DNA of 63,746 bases, filler included. It is 9 parts of 9 records of this genome, joined end to end, with 100 filler letters (N's around TTAATTAATTAA, not from the genome) between each part and the next. Parts side by side here need not be neighbours in the genome. Positions count along the whole stretch, not along the records: positions 1 to 10,958 come from SRR31156797_15579; 8 more parts are not named here. One strand, given 5' to 3'. Under the pieces are notes generated by a model. That model worked only from the letters and a program-made list of their open reading frames with translations. It made no database searches and was not told the DNA's origin. Both the position numbers and the translations under genes were made by a program. Every line of letters starts with the position of its first letter. Position 1 is the first letter of the stretch. Positions 1 to 9,406 of this stretch are shown in pieces.

Positions 1-194
1 TAGAAATACTGTTATTTGGAGCATATATTGTGTTGAAGGAATGTGATGTTACTGTAAACAGAGGGGAAAAGTAGTAAACAGATTATATAACACGAGTATT
101 AATTTTTATAAGGATGCAATTATATGTTTTAATAAAATGTTGAAGAAAATTTAATAATGATATACAATACATATAAAAATGAATAGGTTAATGC

Positions 195-851
195 ATGAAA
201 GAAATAAAAGTATATTACAATGATAGTCCAACAAAATCTAGAACTAGATATAAAATATTGAATGCAGCAGCTATATTATTTTCTGAAAATGGTATAGAAG
301 CAGTTACAATGATTGAGATAGCAAAAGAAGCAAATATAGCTGTACGAAATCTTTATAGATATTATTCTAATATTGAATTTCTAGCTGTTGATACAATATA
401 TTATATATTTTCAAATGAAACTAAATTAATTGATTTTGTTCTAAATGAGAATTGTTCTGGATTTCAGGCAATAGAGATGTTAATAGATAAACTTATTAGT
501 ATATATACAGGAGAACATCATAATATTAATATAACTAGATTTGTTATGTTCTTTGACATGTTTATTTCGACATTGGATAAAGAAAATCCAGCGTTTATCC
601 TTTATACGACCAAGTATGTACCAGAATTTGAGAATGACTTCAGTCAATTGGTTGCAATAGTGCTAAAGAAAGGTATTGCTGATGGTTCAATAATTAATGT
701 TTCGGATATAGAATCTTATTCTACTTTTATTTTACAATCTCTCCTTAGTCTGTTAATGAGGGTAGACATTAAAGAATATGAAAATCCTTTAATAAATAAA
801 TCATTAATTGAAAAACAGGTTGAATTAATTTTATATTACCTTAAAAATTAG
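195..851 (+). CDS. TetR/AcrR family transcriptional regulator
   Basis: N-terminal HTH ILNAAAILFSENGIEAVTMIEIAKEANIAVRNLYRYY; C-terminal KGIADGSI motif typical of TetR proteins; TTGAAG-17-TACAAT promoter-like spacing at 140-168. Confidence 0.9.
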   Translation: MKEIKVYYNDSPTKSRTRYKILNAAAILFSENGIEAVTMIEIAKEANIAVRNLYRYYSNIEFLAVDTIYYIFSNETKLIDFVLNENCSGFQAIEMLIDKLISIYTGEHHNINITRFVMFFDMFISTLDKENPAFILYTTKYVPEFENDFSQLVAIVLKKGIADGSIINVSDIESYSTFILQSLLSLLMRVDIKEYENPLINKSLIEKQVELILYYLKN

Positions 852-1972
852 TAATGTTATATTTCAGTTTTATTTACGTAAGGAGCTAACCATAAGTATT
901 TATTTTTCTGAATATTTTTAGTGATAGAGAAAAATAAGAATTAAGCATATTAGCCGCCGCTACCATTCTATTAAGATTTAGTGTAATGGCTGCTAATATG
1001 CATTCCTCGTTTACTTGGCTCATCCCACGTTTGCTAGCTCTTTTCAACTTGTGTTCTCTTTTCAAAACTATAAATGTTCCCTTAGACTAAATACTTCAGC
1101 TAATACTGCATATATAAAGGGCAGCCAAATAAATGATAAATGAACAATTATTGCTAAAAGATGGTAGTAATCAAAAGAATTATCAATCGTATTTACATAT
1201 TTATTTGAAATAATTCTTGCAATACAAAGTGCACACCCTAAAGCACAATAAAGATTGTATTTTTCGCTCTTTTTTGTTATAAAGTAAGCCATGAAATATA
1301 AAGAGATTATTGCAAAAGCGCTAATTAAGAACCATTCTGAACCATAGGTATTTTACCATAACTTTGTTATATAGGGTTAGGGTGCATTGGGGTTATTTTA
1401 GAGCAATTTCACTTTTACTCGTTAACTCTCAATATTCTACTACATTCTTACTAATATTGATCAGAGATTTTAAATTATTTCGTGCACAATATATAATTTC
1501 CCTTACTCCCATTAATTGAGGGATATTTAGCGTTTACTTTCCATCTACTGATACACTATCATATTTTTGCTATTTAGATGTAATAAATCACTAAGAAATT
1601 TAAAATGAGAATGATTCCTATTTCCCCGCAAAATCAATGGAGTTGTTGACTATATTACCATTTATTCTGACTATGTTTTATTTCTTGTCTTCGTTTAATC
1701 GTGTACAGGTTTTTTATTTATAATTTCACCTGTTCTTGTTAACCTGATATAAATTACAAATCTTTTCAATTTGAAAAGTTGAAATATATTTGATGCAATA
1801 AATATTAAATTGGCTTTTCCATATCATTCATATAGAATATTGAGTCGTAGATTTCAATTATAGTTGTCTTTAATAAATGCCCAAAACGCTTTCTGTTTTA
1901 TTTGTTACTTTTTTTACTTCTTTCAGGGAGTGGCGAGATAAAACAATTTTATTAATTCTCATAGTATATAAT

Positions 1973-2629
1973 TTATTTTCTTATCCCATTTAGTAATATG
2001 TCAACAAAAGAATATAAGGATTCCTTGCTAAAAAAAGGTCTGATTAATTTTTTGTTTTCACACCTTACAAAAAAGCAGTATATTGATTGCATTAATACCT
2101 CACTACAAGTTTCGCTGTCAATATTGCATACTATTGAGCCGTCCTCCTTACCTTCATCTATTAGCTTGGTCAATACATTGCTTGCCTGCGGTAAGGCTAA
2201 AATATGCTTCTTATGATTAATATATACCGGATCATTTTTGTCCATATGACTAATAAAATAATCAAATTCTGATAAAATATTAAACAAACGATTGTTGTTT
2301 TCTGAGTATAAATACTCAAGAGTTTTATTATGGAAAATTCTAATTTTCTCAAATCCTGTTACGGCCTGTGTAAAATCAAAATCATCCTCTGTAAACTGCT
2401 CTAAATTATTATTTTGTATATAGAGTATTAAATCACAGAAAACAGCTTCTTTATTAGGATAATATCTATAAATTGTATTTCGGTCAAAGCCAGATTCTTG
2501 ACTTATTAAAGAAATGTTTGTATTAACTAAGCCCCTATCTTTTGCAATTATTAATGCAGCACGTAAAATGCTTAATCTATTTTCCAATTTCGTTCTTGAC
2601 TCTTCGTATATTTTTGATAAAAAATTCAT
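1973..2629 (-). CDS. TetR/AcrR family regulator, divergent from the transporter operon
   Basis: HTH ISLISQESGFDRNTIYRYYPNKE; EGKEDGSI motif; GAGGA RBS. Confidence 0.9.
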   Translation of the reverse strand: MNFLSKIYEESRTKLENRLSILRAALIIAKDRGLVNTNISLISQESGFDRNTIYRYYPNKEAVFCDLILYIQNNNLEQFTEDDFDFTQAVTGFEKIRIFHNKTLEYLYSENNNRLFNILSEFDYFISHMDKNDPVYINHKKHILALPQASNVLTKLIDEGKEDGSIVCNIDSETCSEVLMQSIYCFFVRCENKKLIRPFFSKESLYSFVDILLNGIRK

Positions 2630-2687
2630 ATAGACTTCCTCATTTTTAGCAGTATTATATCATAAATATTACATTGTTTAAAGAAAA

Positions 2688-2739
2688 TATAACACTATGT
2701 TATAATTTTCTTGAAAATAATATAACATAGTGTTATATT
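2688..2739 (+). promoter_or_regulatory. Two palindromic operators (TATAACA-N3-TGTTATA) overlapping a sigmaA promoter
   Basis: TATAACACTATGTTATA at 2688-2704 and TATAACATAGTGTTATA at 2721-2737; TTGAAA (2711-2716), 17 bp spacer, extended -10 TGnTATATT (2731-2739). Confidence 0.8.
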
Positions 2740-2776
2740 ATATTATAAAGAAGGTAAAAGAAGAAGGAGACTATAT

Positions 2777-4186
2777 ATGAAGGAAAAAGTAAATAAAATT
2801 AAATTCTCAAAATCTGAAAGAAAGAATGCTATAGGATTTGGTGTAGGTCAGATAGGTTCAGGATTATCATTTTTATTCGTAAGCTCGTATATGTTGTATT
2901 TCTATACGAATATTATGGAGATTCCTGTTGCAATTGCAGGTACTATCTTTATGGTAGCGAGAATAGTTGATGCTGTAAGTGATCCTTTACTTGGCATGCT
3001 TGTTGACAGAACAAATACTAAAATTGGAAAATTTCGCCCTTACTTAAGAATTGGAGCCCCAATATTGGGCATCTGTTTAGTTCTGATGTTTTTAGCTCCA
3101 GACTTGTCATTAGAAATTAAAATAGTATATGCCTATACGACTTATATTATGGGCAGTCTGGCAAGAACAATTGTTGATATACCATATCATTCAATAATAA
3201 ATATACTAACAAATAACCCTGATAAAAGAAGTGCAATGATTGGAATTAAAAATATCTTAGGCGTTATAGGCTATGTCGTTGTATTGCCTGTAATGAATTA
3301 TGTAAAGATATTGGGTGAGGGCATTTTTGCATGGAGAACTGTAGCGATTGTAATGGCTGCTATCGCCACTTTGGCTTATTGGATATGCTCCAGAATGATT
3401 AAAGATAAGGATTTATATAAGCAGGATTTCGCTACTGAAAAGAAAGAAGATAGAATAAGCTTTAAAAAACAAATTAAAACAATAATAAAGAACCGTTCAA
3501 TACTGATGTTAGTTCTTGCTTTTGCAACTGATTCTATGGCGGGTCAAATGGTGCTGGGTGTAGGTGTATATTATTTTCTATATAATTTAAATGGGCTGAC
3601 AGATCTATATGTATTGACTCTATTACCCAGTGTAATAGGAATATTCATTGCTGGTGCTTTTCTGGCAAAGATTTTAAAGAGAACTGGAAAACGCGAGCTG
3701 TTTTTTTGGTCTGAATTAATCCTGATTATACCAACTGCATTAATAATATTCATACCTAGTACCTCTGTGACGCTTATAATAGTAATATTGATGCTAATAA
3801 GTTTTTTGCAGTTGTTCCCTCAGCTTGCTGCATGGACTATGCTTCCTGATTGTGTGGATTATGCAGAACTTAAATTTGGTATAAAATCATCTGCTGCAAT
3901 AACATCTGCATTTACTTTTACCAATAAGCTAGGGCAGGCATTTGGTGTTTTTATTACAGGAATTATTCTATCAAATTTAGGGTTTGTTGAAGGAGCAGCA
4001 ACACAAACAGAACCTGTAATGAAGGGTATATTATATTTACGTACATTAGCACCAATTGCAGCTTATATTATTTCATTAGTAGCTTTAAAATTCTATCCAA
4101 TAAAGAAAGCAGACGAAATTCCTTTGGCAGAAGATATTAAAGCACTAAGAGAAAAACAAAAACAATCCAGTGCAGAGACTATATAA
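2777..4186 (+). CDS. Glycoside-pentoside-hexuronide (GPH/MelB-like) MFS sugar:cation symporter
   Basis: RIVDAVSDPLLGMLVDRTNTKIGKFRPY and MLPDCVDY signatures; about 12 hydrophobic segments. Confidence 0.9.
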   Translation: MKEKVNKIKFSKSERKNAIGFGVGQIGSGLSFLFVSSYMLYFYTNIMEIPVAIAGTIFMVARIVDAVSDPLLGMLVDRTNTKIGKFRPYLRIGAPILGICLVLMFLAPDLSLEIKIVYAYTTYIMGSLARTIVDIPYHSIINILTNNPDKRSAMIGIKNILGVIGYVVVLPVMNYVKILGEGIFAWRTVAIVMAAIATLAYWICSRMIKDKDLYKQDFATEKKEDRISFKKQIKTIIKNRSILMLVLAFATDSMAGQMVLGVGVYYFLYNLNGLTDLYVLTLLPSVIGIFIAGAFLAKILKRTGKRELFFWSELILIIPTALIIFIPSTSVTLIIVILMLISFLQLFPQLAAWTMLPDCVDYAELKFGIKSSAAITSAFTFTNKLGQAFGVFITGIILSNLGFVEGAATQTEPVMKGILYLRTLAPIAAYIISLVALKFYPIKKADEIPLAEDIKALREKQKQSSAETI

Positions 4187-4211
4187 TGTAAAAAAATAAG
4201 GGGGAAATAAA

Positions 4212-4982
4212 ATGGAATTAAAATCAAGACTTATGGTAGGATGCGAACCGTATATAAAGATTGGCAATAATGGAATTGGGTTGATTTTACAGCATGGTGC
4301 ATCTGCTACACCAGCAGCAATGATGTATGCTGCAGCACATTTTCATGAAAAGGGATATACAGTTTTAGCTCCAAGACTGGCTGGACATGGTACAGAGCCA
4401 TCAGACCTAAAAAGATGTAATGTAGATGATTTCAGAACAGAGCTTGAAATTGCAGTAGCACTTCTGCGCTCCTGCTGTGACAAAGTGATTTTGTGCGGAA
4501 TATCCATGGGAGGTTTAATTGCTTCAATTTTAGGTGCTTATTCAGACGTTGACGGGCTTGTATTAATGGCAACGCCATCACCGAAAATCATTAATGAAAT
4601 GAAAAGTGCAGTTTTCAAAAAAACAGATAAACAAGAACCGGAAGGTGAGTCTGGATGGTATAAACCAGAGCTGAGAGTAAATTGGAGAACATATGATATG
4701 AAGAGTATAATGTCAAATACAATAGCGGCTATGATTACGCTGGTAAAATTGCAAAAAGCAGCTTTACCCAAAATCAAAACACCAGTTCTGTTGTTATATT
4801 CTAAGAAAGATATGGTTGTTTCTCCAACGCACGGAGAAGTTATTTATAATATTATTCCAGCTGAAAAAAAGTATTTGCATATACTTGAAAATAGTGGACA
4901 TGTATTAGTAGCAGATGGGGAAAGGGATACTGTATTTGAGCTTATTGAGGATTTTATTGAGACTAAAGTACTAGTAGGCTAA
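4212..4982 (+). CDS. Alpha/beta-hydrolase carboxylesterase (Est30/monoacylglycerol lipase-like)
   Basis: HG oxyanion motif, LAGHGT, nucleophile elbow GISMGG, Asp (KDMVV) and His (SGH). Confidence 0.88.
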   Translation: MELKSRLMVGCEPYIKIGNNGIGLILQHGASATPAAMMYAAAHFHEKGYTVLAPRLAGHGTEPSDLKRCNVDDFRTELEIAVALLRSCCDKVILCGISMGGLIASILGAYSDVDGLVLMATPSPKIINEMKSAVFKKTDKQEPEGESGWYKPELRVNWRTYDMKSIMSNTIAAMITLVKLQKAALPKIKTPVLLLYSKKDMVVSPTHGEVIYNIIPAEKKYLHILENSGHVLVADGERDTVFELIEDFIETKVLVG

Positions 4983-5065
4983 GTACTGATATAGCAATTA
5001 AATATATTTAGGGAAACGATGATTAATGCTTGGCTATTGATGGTCTAATTAATTATCGTATTCCT

Positions 5066-5279
5066 GAATTATTATTTTGTATATAAAGTATTAATGCACA
5101 GAAAACAACATCTTTATTAGGATAGTATCAGCAAATCATTTTTAATTAAATTCGGATTCTTGACTTATCGAAGGGATATGTATGTATTAACTAAATTGCC
5201 AAAAAAGTAATTATTAACACAGCAAATACTTAATCAGATTTTACCCTTGACTCTTTATATGTTTATGAGAAAAATTCTT
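5066..5279 (-). pseudogene. Decayed 5' duplicate of the TetR gene at 1973-2629
   Basis: Collinear nucleotide similarity to 2403-2629 (e.g. ATTATTTTGTATATA, CACAGAAAACA, TCTTTATTAGGATA, GATTCTTGACTTAT, TGTATTAACTAA, CTTGACTCTT) with indels and a lost start codon. Confidence 0.8.
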
Positions 5280-5437
5280 GTAGAAGGAATGCTGAGAAAT
5301 AATCGATTTTCTCAACTTTTCTTTATTAAATGCAATAGACGGTATGCCACAAGCGTACTGTATAAAGTACCTCGGTTGTTCAATAATTATATTTCGGAAC
5401 AACTCTACAAAGTTCCTTATAGCAAATAGTATTATAT

Positions 5438-5497
5438 AATAAAAATATAACATAGTGTTATATTTTTATTGCAATAAATGTAACACTGTGTTATATT
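5438..5497 (+). promoter_or_regulatory. Second pair of TATAACA-N3-TGTTATA operators overlapping a sigmaA promoter
   Basis: TATAACATAGTGTTATA at 5446-5462 (extends to 15-bp arms, 5438-5470); TGTAACACTGTGTTATA at 5479-5495; TTGCAA (5469-5474), 17 bp, TGnTATATT. Confidence 0.8.
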
Positions 5498-5528
5498 ATA
5501 TTTAATAGAAGGTAAAAGGAGATAATAT

Positions 5529-7937
5529 ATGAATTCCAAAGAGATTTTGAATGAAATGACACTTGAAGAAAAGGCATCGCTTTGCTCTGGAAAAGATTTT
5601 TGGACTACTAAGGCTGTTGAACGCCTGGGAATTCCATCGATAATGATGACAGATGGTCCTCATGGACTTAGAAAGCAGGATGGCGACAGCGATCATATGG
5701 GATTAAATGAAAGCGTACCTTCTACTTGTTTTCCGACATCATGTACAACTGCATGTTCCTGGGATACACAATTAATGCGTAAAATGGGAGAAGCATTAGC
5801 TGAAGAGTGTATACAGGAGAATGTTTCAGTTATCTTAGGTCCGGGTGCAAATATTAAAAGGTCACCTCTATGTGGCAGGAACTTTGAGTATTATTCTGAA
5901 GATCCTTGCTTAAGCGGAAATATGGCAGCAGCACTAATTAATGGTGTTCAGTCAAAAGGTATTGGAACATCTTTAAAACACTATGTTATGAACAACCAAG
6001 AAGAAAGAAGAATGATTATTGATGCTGTTGTAGATGAGCGTACACAGAGAGAAATCTATCTTGCTGGTTTTGAAACTGCTGTAAAGGAAGCTCAGCCATG
6101 GACTGTAATGTGCTCTTATAACAGAGTTCATGGAACTTATTTGAGTGATAATAAAAGACTGCTTACAGATATATTGAAAAAAGAGTGGGGACATGCAGGT
6201 TTAGTTGTAACCGACTGGGGAGCATGTAATGATCGAGTTGAGGGAATAAAAGCAGGTCTTGAACTAGAAATGCCAGCAAGCAATGGTAAAAACGACGCAA
6301 AGATAGTTGAAGCCGTAAAAAATGGCCAGCTAAGTGAAGAAGACCTGAACAAAGCAGTTATTAGATTAATTGATCTGGCATTAAAATCAGAAAAAGCAAT
6401 TCAGACTGATTATAAGTATGATATTCAAGCGCATAGAAAATTAGCAAGAAAGATTGCTGCTGAATCTATGGTTCTTTTGAAAAATGAAAATATACTGCCG
6501 CTGGATACAAACAGAGAAATAGCGGTTATCGGTGAATTTGCTAAGTGTCCCAGATATCAGGGATCTGGTTCATCTCAGATTAATCCGCATAAAATTGATA
6601 ATGTCTACGATTTATTGGATGAAATGAATGTAGATTTCAAATACGCACAAGGTTACAAAATAAACAACGCAAAACCTGATAAATCATTAATTGATGAAGC
6701 AGTAACTGTTTCAAAAGATGCAGATACTGTGCTTGTTTTTGCAGGATTGACACCCGATTTTGAATCCGAAGGTTTTGACAGAGCACATATGAATATGCCT
6801 GAAAGTCATAACCAACTTATTGAGGAAATCGTAAAAGTTAATAGTAATATAGTTGTTGTTTTGCAGAACGGATCCCCTATAGAGATGCCTTGGATAAACG
6901 ATATTAAGGGGCTTTTGGAGAGTTATTTGGTCGGAGAAGCAGGAGCAGGTGCAGTTGTTGATATTCTGTTTGGTAAGGTTAACCCATCTGGTAAATTAGC
7001 TGAAACATTCCCAGAAAAACTAACAGATACCTCTTGCAATAATTACTTTCCAGGTAATCAAAAGACAGTTGAGTACAGAGAAAGTATTTATGTAGGATAC
7101 AGATATTTTGATAAAGTAAATAAAGATGTATTATTCCCATTTGGATATGGTTTAAGCTATACACAATTTGAATACAGTGATTTATACGTAAAAGAAACAG
7201 GCGAATTTGAATACAAAATCGGAATAAAAGTTAAAAATATCGGTAATGTAAAAGGGGCGGAAATTGTTCAGCTTTATGTCAAGAATAATGAATCAAAAAT
7301 ATTTAAGGCAGAAAAAGAACTGCGGGCATTTGACAAAGTAACATTAGAACCAAATGAACAAAAAGAAATAGTATTTAGCTTGAATAAACGCTCATTTGCA
7401 TATTTTAACATGGAAATCTCTGACTGGCATGTTGATAGCGGTACATATGGAATTTTAATAGGTGCTGCAAGCAGCGACATAAGGTTAAAGGCTAATATAG
7501 AAATAAAGTGTCTGGATGATGTTACAGTTCCTGATTTAAAAGTTAAACTGCCGGATTATTATCAATTACCAATAGATGATTTTGTAATTAGTGATGAACA
7601 GTTTGAGGTTCTTTTTGGCAGAGAATTGCCCCCATCAAAAAGAGATAAAAATGCATCATATGATTTATCTACTCCGCTCGGGGATATTCAAGATAAATTC
7701 ATTGGAAAGCTATTAGTAAAAATGATACGAAAAAATATAGCAAAAATGGCACCCCAAAGTGAAGATGGTGAACCAAATGCTATAGCTATAATGTTTGAAA
7801 GTATGGTTATGGAGATGCCATTAAGAGCAATAGGAATGTTAGGCGGAGATTCAATGCCAGTATATTTTGCAGAAGGAATAGTATTAATGCTTAATGGTAA
7901 TTTCTTTAAAGGTATAAAAATGCTGCTCAAAAAATAA
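5529..7937 (+). CDS. Glycoside hydrolase family 3 beta-glucosidase
   Basis: TDGPHGLRK, PLCGRNFEYYSEDP, KH motif, nucleophile VTDWG, FPFGYGLSYT, Fn3-like domain; no signal peptide evident. Confidence 0.95.
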   Translation: MNSKEILNEMTLEEKASLCSGKDFWTTKAVERLGIPSIMMTDGPHGLRKQDGDSDHMGLNESVPSTCFPTSCTTACSWDTQLMRKMGEALAEECIQENVSVILGPGANIKRSPLCGRNFEYYSEDPCLSGNMAAALINGVQSKGIGTSLKHYVMNNQEERRMIIDAVVDERTQREIYLAGFETAVKEAQPWTVMCSYNRVHGTYLSDNKRLLTDILKKEWGHAGLVVTDWGACNDRVEGIKAGLELEMPASNGKNDAKIVEAVKNGQLSEEDLNKAVIRLIDLALKSEKAIQTDYKYDIQAHRKLARKIAAESMVLLKNENILPLDTNREIAVIGEFAKCPRYQGSGSSQINPHKIDNVYDLLDEMNVDFKYAQGYKINNAKPDKSLIDEAVTVSKDADTVLVFAGLTPDFESEGFDRAHMNMPESHNQLIEEIVKVNSNIVVVLQNGSPIEMPWINDIKGLLESYLVGEAGAGAVVDILFGKVNPSGKLAETFPEKLTDTSCNNYFPGNQKTVEYRESIYVGYRYFDKVNKDVLFPFGYGLSYTQFEYSDLYVKETGEFEYKIGIKVKNIGNVKGAEIVQLYVKNNESKIFKAEKELRAFDKVTLEPNEQKEIVFSLNKRSFAYFNMEISDWHVDSGTYGILIGAASSDIRLKANIEIKCLDDVTVPDLKVKLPDYYQLPIDDFVISDEQFEVLFGRELPPSKRDKNASYDLSTPLGDIQDKFIGKLLVKMIRKNIAKMAPQSEDGEPNAIAIMFESMVMEMPLRAIGMLGGDSMPVYFAEGIVLMLNGNFFKGIKMLLKK

Positions 7938-7984
7938 CGAGCAATAGATTCCGCATACTAAATTAACAATTGAAAGGTGATAAA

Positions 7985-9352
7985 ATGGCAAGATTAAAGA
8001 AAAATAAAGTAGATTTGAGAATAGACAAACATAGTGCATACTTAAATTCAATTAAAAACAATACTTCAGATAAAAACCCCAACATAGTCTTAATACTTTG
8101 TGATGATTTAGGATACGGTGATATATCCTGCTATGGCTCTACCGCTATAAAAACACCTAATATAGATGATATGGCTGAAAACGGCGTAAAATTTAACGAT
8201 TTTTATGCAGCAAGTCCTGTTTGTACTCCATCCAGATTCAGTACCTTAACTGGAAGATATCCAAACAGAAATTTTATTAAGGAAGTTTTCTTTCCTACAA
8301 AAAAAGGAACTAGTCTGTTGTATAAATTAGTAGGCAGTATGGCTGCTAAGCATGGTGTTCGAGGAATATTACCAGATGAAGTTACTATACCTGAGGTTTT
8401 GAAACAAAAGGGGTATAAAACAGGTATGTTTGGTAAATGGCATTTGGGAGACCAGAGTCCATATTTGCCAAACGAAAAAGGCTTTGACTATTTCTTTGGG
8501 ACATATTACTCAAATGATATGAAACCGTATGAGTATTACAGAAACGAGGAACTAGTTATTGAAGCACCTGCCGATCAAACTAAACTTACAAAAATACTCA
8601 CACAGGAAATAAAAACTTTTATAAATGATAGTAAAGATGAGCCATTCTTTGTTTACTATCCATCGCCATTCCCTCATTTTCCTGTCCATGCCAGTGAAGA
8701 TTTCCAAGGGAAATCAGAGGGCGGCGCATACGGAGACTGTGTGGAGGAAATCGACTGGAGCGTAGGCGAGATAGTAAAAGCATTAGAAGAAAAGGGAATA
8801 CTGGAAAATACATTGATTATCTTCTCAAGCGACAACGGTCCTTGGTTTGAGGGAAGCCCGGGACTGCATAGAGGTCGAAAAGGCAACAATTTTGATGGCG
8901 GTCAAGCTGTACCTATGATTGCACAATGGAAGGGTACAATCAAAGAGAACGTTACTATAGATGAAATGAGTATGAATATTGACTTTTTTCCAACAATCCT
9001 TGAAATGACGGATACAAAGATACCAACAGACAGAGTTATAGACGGGAAAAGTATTTTGCCATTATTAAAGGGAGAAGTGAATAAGACTCCACATGAAGAA
9101 TTATTATTTGTAGGCCCTAAAAAATTCTTTGGAATTCGTGATTCAGAGAATTTCAAATATGTTGATAAATGGCAGTGTGAGAATAGCAAATATAAGATGA
9201 TTAAGCAAGGTCCGTTCCTTTTTAATTTGAATATCGATAGAAATGAATCATATGATGTGTCCAACAAGTTTGAAGAGAAAAGAGAAACTTTGAGCAGAAA
9301 ACTTGCCGAAATGCAGGACTTTGCAGATAAAAATCCAAGAGGATGGCTATAA
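7985..9352 (+). CDS. Cys-type (formylglycine) S1 sulfatase
   Basis: PNIVLILCDDLGYGD, CTPSR (CxPxR) LTGR, GKWHLG, SSDNG; ATG at 7985 follows an AAGGTGA RBS. Confidence 0.93.
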   Translation: MARLKKNKVDLRIDKHSAYLNSIKNNTSDKNPNIVLILCDDLGYGDISCYGSTAIKTPNIDDMAENGVKFNDFYAASPVCTPSRFSTLTGRYPNRNFIKEVFFPTKKGTSLLYKLVGSMAAKHGVRGILPDEVTIPEVLKQKGYKTGMFGKWHLGDQSPYLPNEKGFDYFFGTYYSNDMKPYEYYRNEELVIEAPADQTKLTKILTQEIKTFINDSKDEPFFVYYPSPFPHFPVHASEDFQGKSEGGAYGDCVEEIDWSVGEIVKALEEKGILENTLIIFSSDNGPWFEGSPGLHRGRKGNNFDGGQAVPMIAQWKGTIKENVTIDEMSMNIDFFPTILEMTDTKIPTDRVIDGKSILPLLKGEVNKTPHEELLFVGPKKFFGIRDSENFKYVDKWQCENSKYKMIKQGPFLFNLNIDRNESYDVSNKFEEKRETLSRKLAEMQDFADKNPRGWL

Positions 9353-9406
9353 TACGAATTTCAGTTTTCTTATATATTAAGAAATAAAATAAGAAGGAGA
9401 AAAGAA

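Noticed and set aside
86..102. TATAACACGAGTATTAA upstream of the first TetR as a fifth operator
   Set aside because: Only the left half-site matches; expected by chance in AT-rich DNA.
852..1972. 1.1-kb AT-rich gap with a 74-aa hydrophobic ORF (1068-1292) and a hairpin at ~945-1001
   Set aside because: Possibly a decayed gene plus terminator, but I could not recognise a family or repeat array.
5241..5453. Short ORFs 5241-5453 (-) and 5247-5429 (+)
   Set aside because: They overlap the TetR remnant and promoter and show no protein motifs.
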